41,027 bases of DNA from a virus (taxonomy: Duplodnaviria > Caudoviricetes). The notes under the pieces are model-generated. The model was given only the letters and a program-made list of their open reading frames with translations, did no database searches and was not told the DNA's origin. The DNA lies in the IMG/VR virus record IMGVR_UViG_3300043414_000515, positions 1 through 41,027 of that record, one strand, 5' to 3'. A program made the position numbers and the translations under genes. This document shows, piece after piece, positions 8,050-17,485 of the stretch; positions within the stretch are counted from its first letter, which is position 1; each line of letters opens with the position of its first letter.

Positions 8050-9162
8050 ATGTCAGACGTAATCACACCTGTGACCGCCCCTGAGCAAACTGGTAGCGCG
8101 AATCCCGCCGATGCTATCGCTGCAATGATTGCCGCTAACAAGCGTAACAGTCCGCAGCCTGATAACAGTTCGCCACCACCAGCGGGACAAGGAACGAAAG
8201 TTTCCCCCGAGGCGGCTCCTGATGAGGAAGCCGAACCTGAAGATAGTAATGCGAGTGGGTCAGATGCCGTAGATTCGGAAAGTGAAGCAGAGTCCTCCGA
8301 TGGAGTAAACGAAGCAGTCAATTTCCTTGAGTTTGCGAAAGAGAATCCGAATTTAATGTTGCGTATTCCCAATAAAGAAGCTGATGGCGGCTTTATTGAG
8401 TTAACAGCAGAGAAAGCGGCAGCTATTCTGGGCCAAGGCAGTGCTATCCATGAGAATGCTCGCAAGCTTAAAGCTGACCGAGCCGAGTTTGAAGAGTTTG
8501 AATCAAAACGTAAGAATGAAATTGATGGACTGCAAATAGGGCTAGAGTTAACCATCGTTCCTCAACTGCAAACAGCAGCAGATGAACTGGTAACCCTCCA
8601 GCAATATAACCAGCAATGGGAGCAAATCCATCAAGGGACGAACGATCCTGCCGAACGTAGTCGGGCTGAAGCTGCAATACGCCAGAACGCACAACTGATT
8701 CAGGAAAAGTCGGAATTCATTAAAACGAATCGGCCTAATGTTGAGCAGTTTTATAAGTACCGAACTGCCCGTGTCCAAGAAACCTTGGAGCAAGCACGGC
8801 AATCGTTTACTGATAAAGAGTTAAGCAATAAGGCGTTGTTTACTGAACTTAGAGATAAGATTGGTAAAGAATGGAAAGCGGCAAGTCAGTCGTTTGTCCC
8901 TGGTGTACCGAACATCGATTTGGTATCTAGTGATGAATACCTTTTGAGTTTATTGCGGGATGGTATGAAATTCCGCGAAGGCCCAAAAGTAAAGAACGCT
9001 GGTGGTTCATTGGCAGCAGCTAGTAGACCAGCAGCAAGGGCTAAAACCGCACCCGAGAATGAGATGGAAAAACTTCAAAGCAAGGCAAAGACAGGCGATA
9101 AGGGTGCGACTCGCGACCTTTTAGCAACCATGCTTGCCGCAAACAAACAGCGGCGGCGTTAA
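8050..9162 (+). CDS. Capsid scaffolding protein
   Basis: Acidic disordered N-terminus, coiled coil, basic C-terminal helix, directly before the capsid gene. Confidence 0.8.
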   Translation: MSDVITPVTAPEQTGSANPADAIAAMIAANKRNSPQPDNSSPPPAGQGTKVSPEAAPDEEAEPEDSNASGSDAVDSESEAESSDGVNEAVNFLEFAKENPNLMLRIPNKEADGGFIELTAEKAAAILGQGSAIHENARKLKADRAEFEEFESKRKNEIDGLQIGLELTIVPQLQTAADELVTLQQYNQQWEQIHQGTNDPAERSRAEAAIRQNAQLIQEKSEFIKTNRPNVEQFYKYRTARVQETLEQARQSFTDKELSNKALFTELRDKIGKEWKAASQSFVPGVPNIDLVSSDEYLLSLLRDGMKFREGPKVKNAGGSLAAASRPAARAKTAPENEMEKLQSKAKTGDKGATRDLLATMLAANKQRRR

Positions 9163-9175
9163 TCAGGAGTTTTAA

Positions 9176-10333
9176 ATGTCTACTATTACTAGTGCAAACC
9201 TCGGTAACGGCAACGGCTCGTATACCACCGACATCGTGGTCAAAGACCTCGATATGACTGTCTCTAATTATGTTAAAGACCGTACCCCTCTGTCCAACAT
9301 GGCAATGAGCAAGAAGCGCAAAGTCAACTCGACTCTGCACATCTGGCCCGTTGACTACTACCGTGTTCCCGCTTTGAATGCAAAGCTGGAAGGCGCTGCT
9401 GTAGCTGCATCTGATGCTGCCAACAACACCCGTGCTAACTGCGGCAACTACACCCAGATTTTCACTACCGTGATTGGTGCTACCGGCACTGCTCGCGCTG
9501 TGGAACAAGCTGGTGGTGACCCACAGGCATATCAGGAAGTCAAGCAATTGACCGAGATCATGTTTGACGTTGAGCTGCAATTGGTTCGTGCTGATGGTGC
9601 TTCTATCAAGTACAGCGGTCAAGCTGCAACTCAAGGCTCCAGCCCTAACAACGGTCGCCGTTTTGGTTCGCTGTATTCTTTTGCTGGCACTCGTTCGGGT
9701 AACGACACTGATGGCACTTCCGTGCTGAATATCGCTACTTCTGACGGCAATGATGTTACTTCCGCAACTAACACTAACCAACCGTTCAATGGCTTGCTGC
9801 CTAACGCTGGTCTGGGTTACTTCACTTTTGCAAGTGGCGTGACTCTTCAGCAATTTAGCCCGTTCTTGTACAAGCAATTGGTGACCACCGCCGAGCAGCG
9901 TTTCAATGCCAAGATTACCAACATGGTAGTCCCAACATCGATGCGTACTCACATCAGTGACATGATGCCAACCAGCCGTACTATCAACCGTTTTAACCCT
10001 GCTGACAAGGGCGACACGATTGGTACTTACGAAGGTGATTTCAACTACACCTACCAGATCGATGATTCTTGGGTAATGGATCAAACCGGAGCTGACAACA
10101 CCTCCGCGCTGTTCCTGAATCCTGATGTCATCCAATGGGGTTCCTTGCGTGAACTTGGCCCAAATAACGAAGTGTTCAGTTCTGCTGACGCATCGTTGGA
10201 TCAGTACATCATGGAAGGCACATTGATTGTGCGTAACCCTGCTGGTGTTGCTGTGCTTGCTGCAATTAGCCCAACTGGTGCTGCTGTCACGGCTCCCCGT
10301 GCCTCCACCCAGTGCCAACGCTACTTGACGTAA
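9176..10333 (+). CDS. Major capsid protein (SU10/DUF5309-like)
   Basis: HIWPVD, NAKLEG, NYTQIF, EGTLIVRNP motifs; strong RBS AGGAG; biased codons. Confidence 0.9.
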   Translation: MSTITSANLGNGNGSYTTDIVVKDLDMTVSNYVKDRTPLSNMAMSKKRKVNSTLHIWPVDYYRVPALNAKLEGAAVAASDAANNTRANCGNYTQIFTTVIGATGTARAVEQAGGDPQAYQEVKQLTEIMFDVELQLVRADGASIKYSGQAATQGSSPNNGRRFGSLYSFAGTRSGNDTDGTSVLNIATSDGNDVTSATNTNQPFNGLLPNAGLGYFTFASGVTLQQFSPFLYKQLVTTAEQRFNAKITNMVVPTSMRTHISDMMPTSRTINRFNPADKGDTIGTYEGDFNYTYQIDDSWVMDQTGADNTSALFLNPDVIQWGSLRELGPNNEVFSSADASLDQYIMEGTLIVRNPAGVAVLAAISPTGAAVTAPRASTQCQRYLT

Positions 10334-10337
10334 TCTC

Positions 10338-10361
10338 AGGGGGGCTAATAACCCCCCTTTT
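10338..10361 (+). terminator. Rho-independent terminator after the capsid gene
   Basis: AGGGGGG-CTAATAA-CCCCCCT followed by T run. Confidence 0.8.
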
Positions 10362-10384
10362 CTAATTTTTTAAAGGAAAAAATC

Positions 10385-11191
10385 ATGCCTACTATGTCTT
10401 GGAAACAATACAATTCTTCTTTCGTATCTGATGTCAACACTGGTGACATTACTGGCGTTCTTGGCACTCAAGGCCAAGTTCAATATTTCCCCCGCATTTT
10501 GAGCGAATCTGGTATTCCGGTTATGGTTGCTAACAGTGGCACTATTGCTACTAACGGCACTGTGACTTTGGGTACTGCTTTGCCCACAACCTATGCTGCT
10601 GCTTTCTGTTACTTTCCAGCTTCTGCTGTGTCAGGTGACTCAACTGGCGGTATCTACTATGTGGTGTTTTCTAGCACTACTGTTGGTGTGGTTTATGCTG
10701 GTAAATATGGTGTTGCTAACGGTGTCGGTGCTGTTGCATTTACCCCTGTAATTCCATCTGGAACTTTGGTGGCTGTTACGGGTTCAAATGCTTCTTACAC
10801 TGGTTCTACCACTGAAACTACGTTGATTAACGTAACGCTGCCTGCTGGTGACTTGGGTAACAATGGTCAAATTGTTGTTATTTCCAATTGGGCTACCAAC
10901 AACTCGGCTGGTGCTAAAACAGGTACTGTGTATCTTGGTGGAACTGCTGTTGGTACAGCATCTTCATACACCACATCTACTGGTGGTAGTTCTATGAACT
11001 CTATCCGTAATCGTGGCGTTTTGAATGTGCAGACTAGCCAATTGATTGGCGGCGCAGCCACTGGCGCTTCTGTTTACACTGCAATTGACACATCTATTGA
11101 CAAGGCAATCACCATCACTGGTGATTTGGCTACAGCAACGGATAATGTCATTCTTGAAGGCTTCACAATCACGTTGATGCCTAAAGACTAA
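10385..11191 (+). CDS. Virion structural protein (capsid decoration/fiber-like)
   Basis: T/G/S/A-rich beta-type 268 aa after the capsid gene. Confidence 0.55.
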   Translation: MPTMSWKQYNSSFVSDVNTGDITGVLGTQGQVQYFPRILSESGIPVMVANSGTIATNGTVTLGTALPTTYAAAFCYFPASAVSGDSTGGIYYVVFSSTTVGVVYAGKYGVANGVGAVAFTPVIPSGTLVAVTGSNASYTGSTTETTLINVTLPAGDLGNNGQIVVISNWATNNSAGAKTGTVYLGGTAVGTASSYTTSTGGSSMNSIRNRGVLNVQTSQLIGGAATGASVYTAIDTSIDKAITITGDLATATDNVILEGFTITLMPKD

Positions 11192-11249
11192 CTTATTGAC
11201 TAAGTTACTGAAAGGGCTTTGTAAAAGGCTCTTTTGGTAAGGAGTCCAT

Positions 11250-11759
11250 ATGGCATTAAATATTAATGATAATGATGATGTAAAAGTTAACGAGGAATAC
11301 TACACAAAGGGTATTCTTGAGGCTGGTATTGATGGCGTTTTTCGCCACAATGACAAGCTTTTTAATGAGGTCAAATCAGGTACTTGGTCGCAAACCTTTA
11401 AAACCCCCAACATTGATTACAAAGTTGGCGCTATCAATGGCAATCGCTATGTCCAGTACGATCAAAAAAATGTAGAAGCTGTGCGTGAGCGATGCAAAGA
11501 ATTGCGTGAGTTCTACAAGCAAAATGGGACAGATAACCCGTTTTTTGCTGGCACTGCTCACATGATGGAGTTGCCCAAATGCTTTGCCCATGAAATCAGT
11601 TCTAAGTGGTTTAACAACCGGCCTTGGGAATTGATAAAGCAAGACAAAAAAGACAAAATGCTCTTTTATGCTATTGTGAATCGGGACTACAGTGATTTCG
11701 TTTGCCACCCTAGCGGGAAAATACCTATCCCCTATAATCCTGCTATACCTACCAAATAA
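11250..11759 (+). CDS. Hypothetical protein
   Basis: 169 aa, RBS AAGGAG. Confidence 0.7.
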   Translation: MALNINDNDDVKVNEEYYTKGILEAGIDGVFRHNDKLFNEVKSGTWSQTFKTPNIDYKVGAINGNRYVQYDQKNVEAVRERCKELREFYKQNGTDNPFFAGTAHMMELPKCFAHEISSKWFNNRPWELIKQDKKDKMLFYAIVNRDYSDFVCHPSGKIPIPYNPAIPTK

Positions 11760-11768
11760 GGTTAACCA

Positions 11769-12758
11769 ATGTCTGCTCAATTTATCCAATCTGCTAATTC
11801 TTTAGTTAGTCGAATTGCACAATGGGTAGGCGCAATACCATCTGCCTTGAGCATTACGGTAACTAGCGTAGTTGGTAGCACTACAAAAGTTCTGACAACT
11901 TCTGCAAACCCAAGCAGCCTAATTCTTCCGGGTGACTTTATTGGTGTAAGCACAATGCTTCCATACACCGCCGTTCTTCAAGTAAGTAGCACTGAGATTA
12001 CTGTAAGTGATCCAGACGGCATATGGGCCAATCTAAGCCTGCCTGCAACCATTCTGAAGCTGCCTTCTCAGTCTTCAATGGAAATTATGACCAGCATTCA
12101 GTTGGCAGAAATGCGAATGCGTGTGATTGAACTTCCAGCGTTGCGTAGTGATCCTTATGATCCTACCCACCCTAGCATTTTGACCACTGATTCACAAGGC
12201 ATGGCAGAAATCCCTATTGATATGAATTGGCCTATTTTGTTTTTTCAAGATACGCAACCACAAAATCAACCCCCGAATGCTACCAATGTAGGGCCTTGGA
12301 TTATTTATGACCGTGTTGGTGATCGTGAAATTATTCGCCGCAGAATGATTGATCAGCTTTACATTCGGCCTTTTGGCGTTCCAAGGGTTATTCGTGCTTC
12401 TTTTTCGGAAGTTGGTGGACGCTATGTATTTACACCAAATCCAGGCACAAACGTAACTATTAAAGCCTATTACCAACGCGCATTTCCATTCTTGTTTGGC
12501 GTTACAGGAGAAGCATTGACTCCAATTGTTCAAACCAATCAAGTTCTTGCTTCATTTCCTGAAGGTTATCTATACGCTACGCTATCTGCGTACTATGACA
12601 AAAACAAAAACATAAGCGAATCCCAAAAATGGGATGCTCGTTTTGAGTCTTCATATGGTTTAATTCAAGACCAAAACTTTAAAGACAAATGGCGTGGTGG
12701 TGATAGGCATTTAACATCTGAATTCCAGCCGCGCTCTTACAGATATTCTTTTAAGTAG
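11769..12758 (+). CDS. Head-tail adaptor protein (putative)
   Basis: IQLAEMRM...FTPNP...YYQ...NQVLASFPEGYLYATL pattern of podovirus adaptors. Confidence 0.65.
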   Translation: MSAQFIQSANSLVSRIAQWVGAIPSALSITVTSVVGSTTKVLTTSANPSSLILPGDFIGVSTMLPYTAVLQVSSTEITVSDPDGIWANLSLPATILKLPSQSSMEIMTSIQLAEMRMRVIELPALRSDPYDPTHPSILTTDSQGMAEIPIDMNWPILFFQDTQPQNQPPNATNVGPWIIYDRVGDREIIRRRMIDQLYIRPFGVPRVIRASFSEVGGRYVFTPNPGTNVTIKAYYQRAFPFLFGVTGEALTPIVQTNQVLASFPEGYLYATLSAYYDKNKNISESQKWDARFESSYGLIQDQNFKDKWRGGDRHLTSEFQPRSYRYSFK

Positions 12759-12766
12759 GAACAACT

Positions 12767-14743
12767 ATGACATTCGGCACACTTTACGGTAATGTTTCAG
12801 AATCTAATGGTTTGTATGGGATTGGTCAGTTAATTCCTGGCAGCACTTACTTTGAATGGTTTATTTTTAAGGAATCAGTTGGTCAGCCTGCAACCCCAAC
12901 TGGAGGTTCTTGGAATTTTGACACAAACATTGGAGTTCCTCCTACTGGATGGTCTAGCACATCTCCAAATATTCCTGTAAACCCTGTTTGGTTTTGCATA
13001 GCTTTTGTTGATTCTCGCAATCCTACTGTTATTGTTTGGTCAACACCATCCAAAATTACAGCAGGATCGGCTGCTGCTGCCGTAGACATTTCTTTTGCAC
13101 CAACTGGAACACTTACTTCCACCAATGTGCAATCTGCCATTGCAGAAGTTTTAACAGACTATGCCCTTCAAACAGGTGCAGCCTCTATTGGGTTTACTCC
13201 TGTAGGAGCGTTAACTTCTACCAATGTACAAGCTGCTGTTGCAGAAGTTGTTACTGACTTAGCTTTGTCTAGCGGTTCTTCTACTGTTGGCTTTTTGCCA
13301 GCAGGTACAGGAGCCGTAGCCACCACAGTACAGACTAAGCTGCGTGAGAGCGTAAGCGTCAAAGACTTTGGCGCTACAGGCAATGGGTCAACTGACGATA
13401 CCGCAGCTATTCAATTAGCAATAACGTATATTTATTCTTTTGCTACGTCTAGTGGATCTGGAAGACCTCCTGCTTTGTATTTTCCCAAAGGAACTTATTT
13501 GATGAGTTCTACCATCACAATGGGAAATATTAATTATGGATGGACTATTTCTCCATATTTTTTCGGTGATGGTACTGGCACTATTATCAAAGTTTCCGCA
13601 ACAAACGTAAACCCATTTTATTGGCGTGGGCCAGTTCTTGGGCAACCTGGCGCAGGAAACCAATGCCCAGGGCCAACTATTGAAAACATGACTTTTGTTG
13701 GGCCAGGGTCTGGGAGTGCAACTTCGTCCAGCATTGCTTTGAACTTTAATACAGTCCAAGGAACTACGTTAATTAACACTAGTTGCTCTGGTTGGTACGT
13801 TGGTGAAAACTATGTAGACCATGATGTTATCACTAGGATAAATGCAAGTTGCGACTACAACATTATTGGCATTAACAGTAGTTCCTTAAACAATCTGATT
13901 CGTTTAGATCGAATGCAAAACAACGGGGGGACAATTACCCACAATACCACTTATGGTATTTTTTACATGGGTGGGCAAACACCTAGTTTCAACGATGTGT
14001 TTTTTAACTCCAATGGAACCAGTTTGCTTTTGTCTAGACAACTAGCATCTGAAAATGTTTACCCTACCGCTGGGCCTGTAATCCAAGGATGTTATTTTGA
14101 AGCCGATACAAGCTACACCATGCAATTTGGTGGCGGGGCTGGCATTGTGCGGGATATGTGTATTCTTGGTGGAGCAGTTGCAGGAAACACAGCCGTACCT
14201 TTAATTAGGGTTTTAAATTACGCAGATACTACTGGTCGAGGTTTCATCAACATGAACCTTAACAACAGTGGTGCTGGCGGCATTATTGACCAATCATCTT
14301 CTGCTGGAAAAATTGCCTATCAAACTTTGGACAATGTAGCAATTGGAAGTGTAACTCCAAGCACTGGTGTGTTTACAACAGTCAGAAGTGGAACTTTTAT
14401 TAAAAGTGCTGGAATTGGTGCTAGTGTTGATTTGTTGAGCATTGGGACATTTTCTTCCGTTGCTTCTATGAGCATGACAATTATTGCAACTTCTTCAGGC
14501 GTAGCCACTGCCCGTTTATACCAAATAATTCTTATGGGTGGCGGTACTGTAACGGGTTCAGATGTTAGTTTTATCACTGAAGTTTATAGTGGTGGAGGCA
14601 GTGCATTTTCGTTAGTTGAAACTCTTAATTCTCCAGTAGCAGGAACAAACAAACTTAGCATTAGCAATACAAGCGGTGTTGCTACGACTTACCGAGTAAC
14701 CTACACAGTAGAAGATTTAACTGGAACCCTTACGTTACTTTAA
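12767..14743 (+). CDS. Tailspike with pectate-lyase-like beta-helix
   Basis: QTKLRESVSVKDFGATGNGSTDDTAAIQ...LYFPKGTY; two TSTNVQxAxAEV repeats. Confidence 0.8.
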   Translation: MTFGTLYGNVSESNGLYGIGQLIPGSTYFEWFIFKESVGQPATPTGGSWNFDTNIGVPPTGWSSTSPNIPVNPVWFCIAFVDSRNPTVIVWSTPSKITAGSAAAAVDISFAPTGTLTSTNVQSAIAEVLTDYALQTGAASIGFTPVGALTSTNVQAAVAEVVTDLALSSGSSTVGFLPAGTGAVATTVQTKLRESVSVKDFGATGNGSTDDTAAIQLAITYIYSFATSSGSGRPPALYFPKGTYLMSSTITMGNINYGWTISPYFFGDGTGTIIKVSATNVNPFYWRGPVLGQPGAGNQCPGPTIENMTFVGPGSGSATSSSIALNFNTVQGTTLINTSCSGWYVGENYVDHDVITRINASCDYNIIGINSSSLNNLIRLDRMQNNGGTITHNTTYGIFYMGGQTPSFNDVFFNSNGTSLLLSRQLASENVYPTAGPVIQGCYFEADTSYTMQFGGGAGIVRDMCILGGAVAGNTAVPLIRVLNYADTTGRGFINMNLNNSGAGGIIDQSSSAGKIAYQTLDNVAIGSVTPSTGVFTTVRSGTFIKSAGIGASVDLLSIGTFSSVASMSMTIIATSSGVATARLYQIILMGGGTVTGSDVSFITEVYSGGGSAFSLVETLNSPVAGTNKLSISNTSGVATTYRVTYTVEDLTGTLTLL

Positions 14744-14771
14744 GGATTAAATCACAAGAGTTTTGCAAATT

Positions 14772-16400
14772 ATGTCTGAATACACCCGACTTCGCACTCC
14801 ATTTGTAAACATGTCGTTTACTCCTGATGTGCCTAGCAATGCGCTAGGTGCAAATGAGTACAACAACGGGTTGAATGTTGAAGCAGATGTTCGTGGCATC
14901 AAGAAGATTGGTGGAGAACAAGCCATTCTGTCTACCATCCCCTACTTTCCTGTATTCATGGAAGGTGGGTTTCGCTCAGGCAGCCAGTTTGGTTACATAG
15001 TAGCTACCCGTGATGCATCTAATCTTGGACGGTGGTACTTGGTAACAGACACTACCATCACCAACATCACCCCTGGCTTTTCTGCTAACCCTAATGTAAC
15101 GCTTACTGGGTACACAGACGATATAAACATCACTACTTCATGGGTAGGTGAAGTGTTTTTTATCAATGATGGTATTAGTGCGCCAATGTACTTTTTGCCG
15201 TCTAGAACAGAAATCAATCGTTACGACACTGCTCCTGACAATTACGTCTGGAACTACGATGTAGGAGTCTCTGCTACCACAGCAGGGTTCATGCGTAACT
15301 TCTGTTCTCCCAATGTCGGAAACATTCTGATTGCTGGCAACATCAATAAAACGGTTGGTGCTACTACAACCAACTATCCAACCACCATTCGCTGGTCACA
15401 AGCATTTGCCGTTACGGGTGTGCCGTCTACTTGGATGCCTACCCTGTCCAACGTAGCCAATGAACAAGAAGTGCCTGTTCGTGGTCAATTGATTGATGGG
15501 TTTTTTCTTGGTGGTAACTTCTACATCTGTTCCTATTGGGATACGGTAGTTGTTTCACCCATTGCTTACCAATCCACCACAACGCCTATTTTTGGCATTC
15601 GATTGTTCAATCAAGGCCGTGGACTACTGAACAACAACTGCTGGACTAACACCGACACCAATGTGTATGGTGTTGACAGCAGGGATATTTGGATATTTGA
15701 CGGCAATGCGTTTTCTCCTCTTGGCAATCAACGGGTGCGTGATTATTTCTTTCGCAATTTAAGCCCAACGTATTCCCAGCGTATTTTTATGGTTAACAAT
15801 ACGCAAAAAAACCAAATTGAATTGTACTACCCTGACCTAACCAGTACCGGCTGGTGCAACAAGATGCTGTCATATCGCTATGACCTTCAGATATGGAATG
15901 CTCCTAAAGACATTCAGAACGCCTGTATGGGAACTGAAGGGCCAGTGTTTACCAACTCAGCATTCAAGTACGCTTCACGCTGCGTAACCTATGCTCCTGC
16001 TGGCGCTCAGAATGCTCAATTGATCCAGACCAACATTGGTAACTCGTTTATCAACAATACAACAATTCCTTGTTTGTTTGAACGTACCAACATGACCCTG
16101 TACGACGATAAAGGACAACCCACTCCTTATTCATCCAAGGTATACGTTCACAGGGCATTGCCTGAAGTCTCAGGAACAGGAACCTTGAACATCACTCTTG
16201 GTGGTGCTAATTCCACTGCCCAGACTCCTACCTATGGTCAAACAGGCATTGTTAGCATCGTCACTGATAACCCCTGGGTGACTACCCAACAAAACTCAGT
16301 TCGTACAGTGTCTGTCAAAATTGAATCTAATGATGCTACTGATGCTTGGAACACAACGGCAATGAACTTCCAAGCAACCGTAGTCCAGGATGCTTTCTAA
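14772..16400 (+). CDS. Tail nozzle / DNA stabilization protein
   Basis: ~540 aa beta-rich; TIRWSQ; GIWIFDG-like and YRYDLQIW motifs; position. Confidence 0.65.
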   Translation: MSEYTRLRTPFVNMSFTPDVPSNALGANEYNNGLNVEADVRGIKKIGGEQAILSTIPYFPVFMEGGFRSGSQFGYIVATRDASNLGRWYLVTDTTITNITPGFSANPNVTLTGYTDDINITTSWVGEVFFINDGISAPMYFLPSRTEINRYDTAPDNYVWNYDVGVSATTAGFMRNFCSPNVGNILIAGNINKTVGATTTNYPTTIRWSQAFAVTGVPSTWMPTLSNVANEQEVPVRGQLIDGFFLGGNFYICSYWDTVVVSPIAYQSTTTPIFGIRLFNQGRGLLNNNCWTNTDTNVYGVDSRDIWIFDGNAFSPLGNQRVRDYFFRNLSPTYSQRIFMVNNTQKNQIELYYPDLTSTGWCNKMLSYRYDLQIWNAPKDIQNACMGTEGPVFTNSAFKYASRCVTYAPAGAQNAQLIQTNIGNSFINNTTIPCLFERTNMTLYDDKGQPTPYSSKVYVHRALPEVSGTGTLNITLGGANSTAQTPTYGQTGIVSIVTDNPWVTTQQNSVRTVSVKIESNDATDAWNTTAMNFQATVVQDAF

Positions 16401-17473
16401 TGCCTTTTTCAATTAGTAATAAAGCAAGCCCATCTGAAATTTCAGACGCTGTAAATTACCTATTGTCGAATTTTGCTCAAGTACAAGCAGTCAATCCTAA
16501 TAGCGGTCAAATCACTACTGCATCTTATGGGGTAGTAGGGTATCTTTACAAATACCTCAATGTCAAATATGCCGATAGTTTTGATGGTTCAGCCAACTTC
16601 AGCAACTCTCCTACCAACCGGTTGTACTATGGTCTGAGAAACAACGACTCAAGCGTTGAATCCACTCTTTACAGTGACTATGTTTGGACTCCAGTAACTG
16701 GTGGCTTTGGTACTACTAAGTTCTTTTTTTACGCAACTAGCGGTGGACGGCAAATACAAATTGCTGTTGCCACAACTGCACCTGCAAGTGGTTGGGCGGT
16801 TGATACTGGAGCCATAATTGATTTAGACATTGTTACTTTTGTCATGGCAAGTGTCACGTCATTCAGTGCTGGCACTACAGGATTAACTCCTAATACACCC
16901 ACCCAAGGTGCTGTAGTACTTGCTGGAACATTAGAAGCTGCCAATGGCGGTACTGGGTTGTCCACCATTCCTACCAATGGCAAGTTGCTGATTGGCAATG
17001 GCACAGGATATACTCTTAATACGTTGACAAATAGCAATGGCATCACAGTCACCAACTCAGCGGGAAACATTACTGTCGCCAATTCGGGTGTGCTGTCTTT
17101 TTCTGGCGGCACTACCGGCCTTACGCCATCAACATCCACCACAGGCGCTGTAACGATTGCAGGCACTTTGGCTATTGCCAATGGTGGAACAAACGGTTCT
17201 GCTGCACCTACATCTGGTGCAATTGCATATGGAACAGGTTTAGGTTATGCTTTTACGACTGTAGGAACATCTGGTCAATACTTACAATCTAACGGTTCAA
17301 GCACACCTACATGGGCCACCATATCCCCTACAGCGGCATCAAATTTTTTTGATTTTGCAAATTTTGATAATACTTTTACAGATCAATCAACCTATCTTTT
17401 GTACCTACAAACTGTAGACATGGGAAGTTTTGCAGTACCAGCAGCGTTTAATATTGAAGCTGGAACATTTTAA
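16400..17473 (+). CDS. Tail fiber-like protein
   Basis: VKYADS module, ANGGT repeats, duplicated SFSxGTTGLTP; TAATG coupling. Confidence 0.65.
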   Translation: MPFSISNKASPSEISDAVNYLLSNFAQVQAVNPNSGQITTASYGVVGYLYKYLNVKYADSFDGSANFSNSPTNRLYYGLRNNDSSVESTLYSDYVWTPVTGGFGTTKFFFYATSGGRQIQIAVATTAPASGWAVDTGAIIDLDIVTFVMASVTSFSAGTTGLTPNTPTQGAVVLAGTLEAANGGTGLSTIPTNGKLLIGNGTGYTLNTLTNSNGITVTNSAGNITVANSGVLSFSGGTTGLTPSTSTTGAVTIAGTLAIANGGTNGSAAPTSGAIAYGTGLGYAFTTVGTSGQYLQSNGSSTPTWATISPTAASNFFDFANFDNTFTDQSTYLLYLQTVDMGSFAVPAAFNIEAGTF

Positions 17474-17485
17474 TAAAGGTTTGTA

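Noticed and set aside
9041-10318. 425-aa antisense ORF over the capsid gene
   Set aside because: Shadow of the strongly biased codon usage; no recognisable motifs
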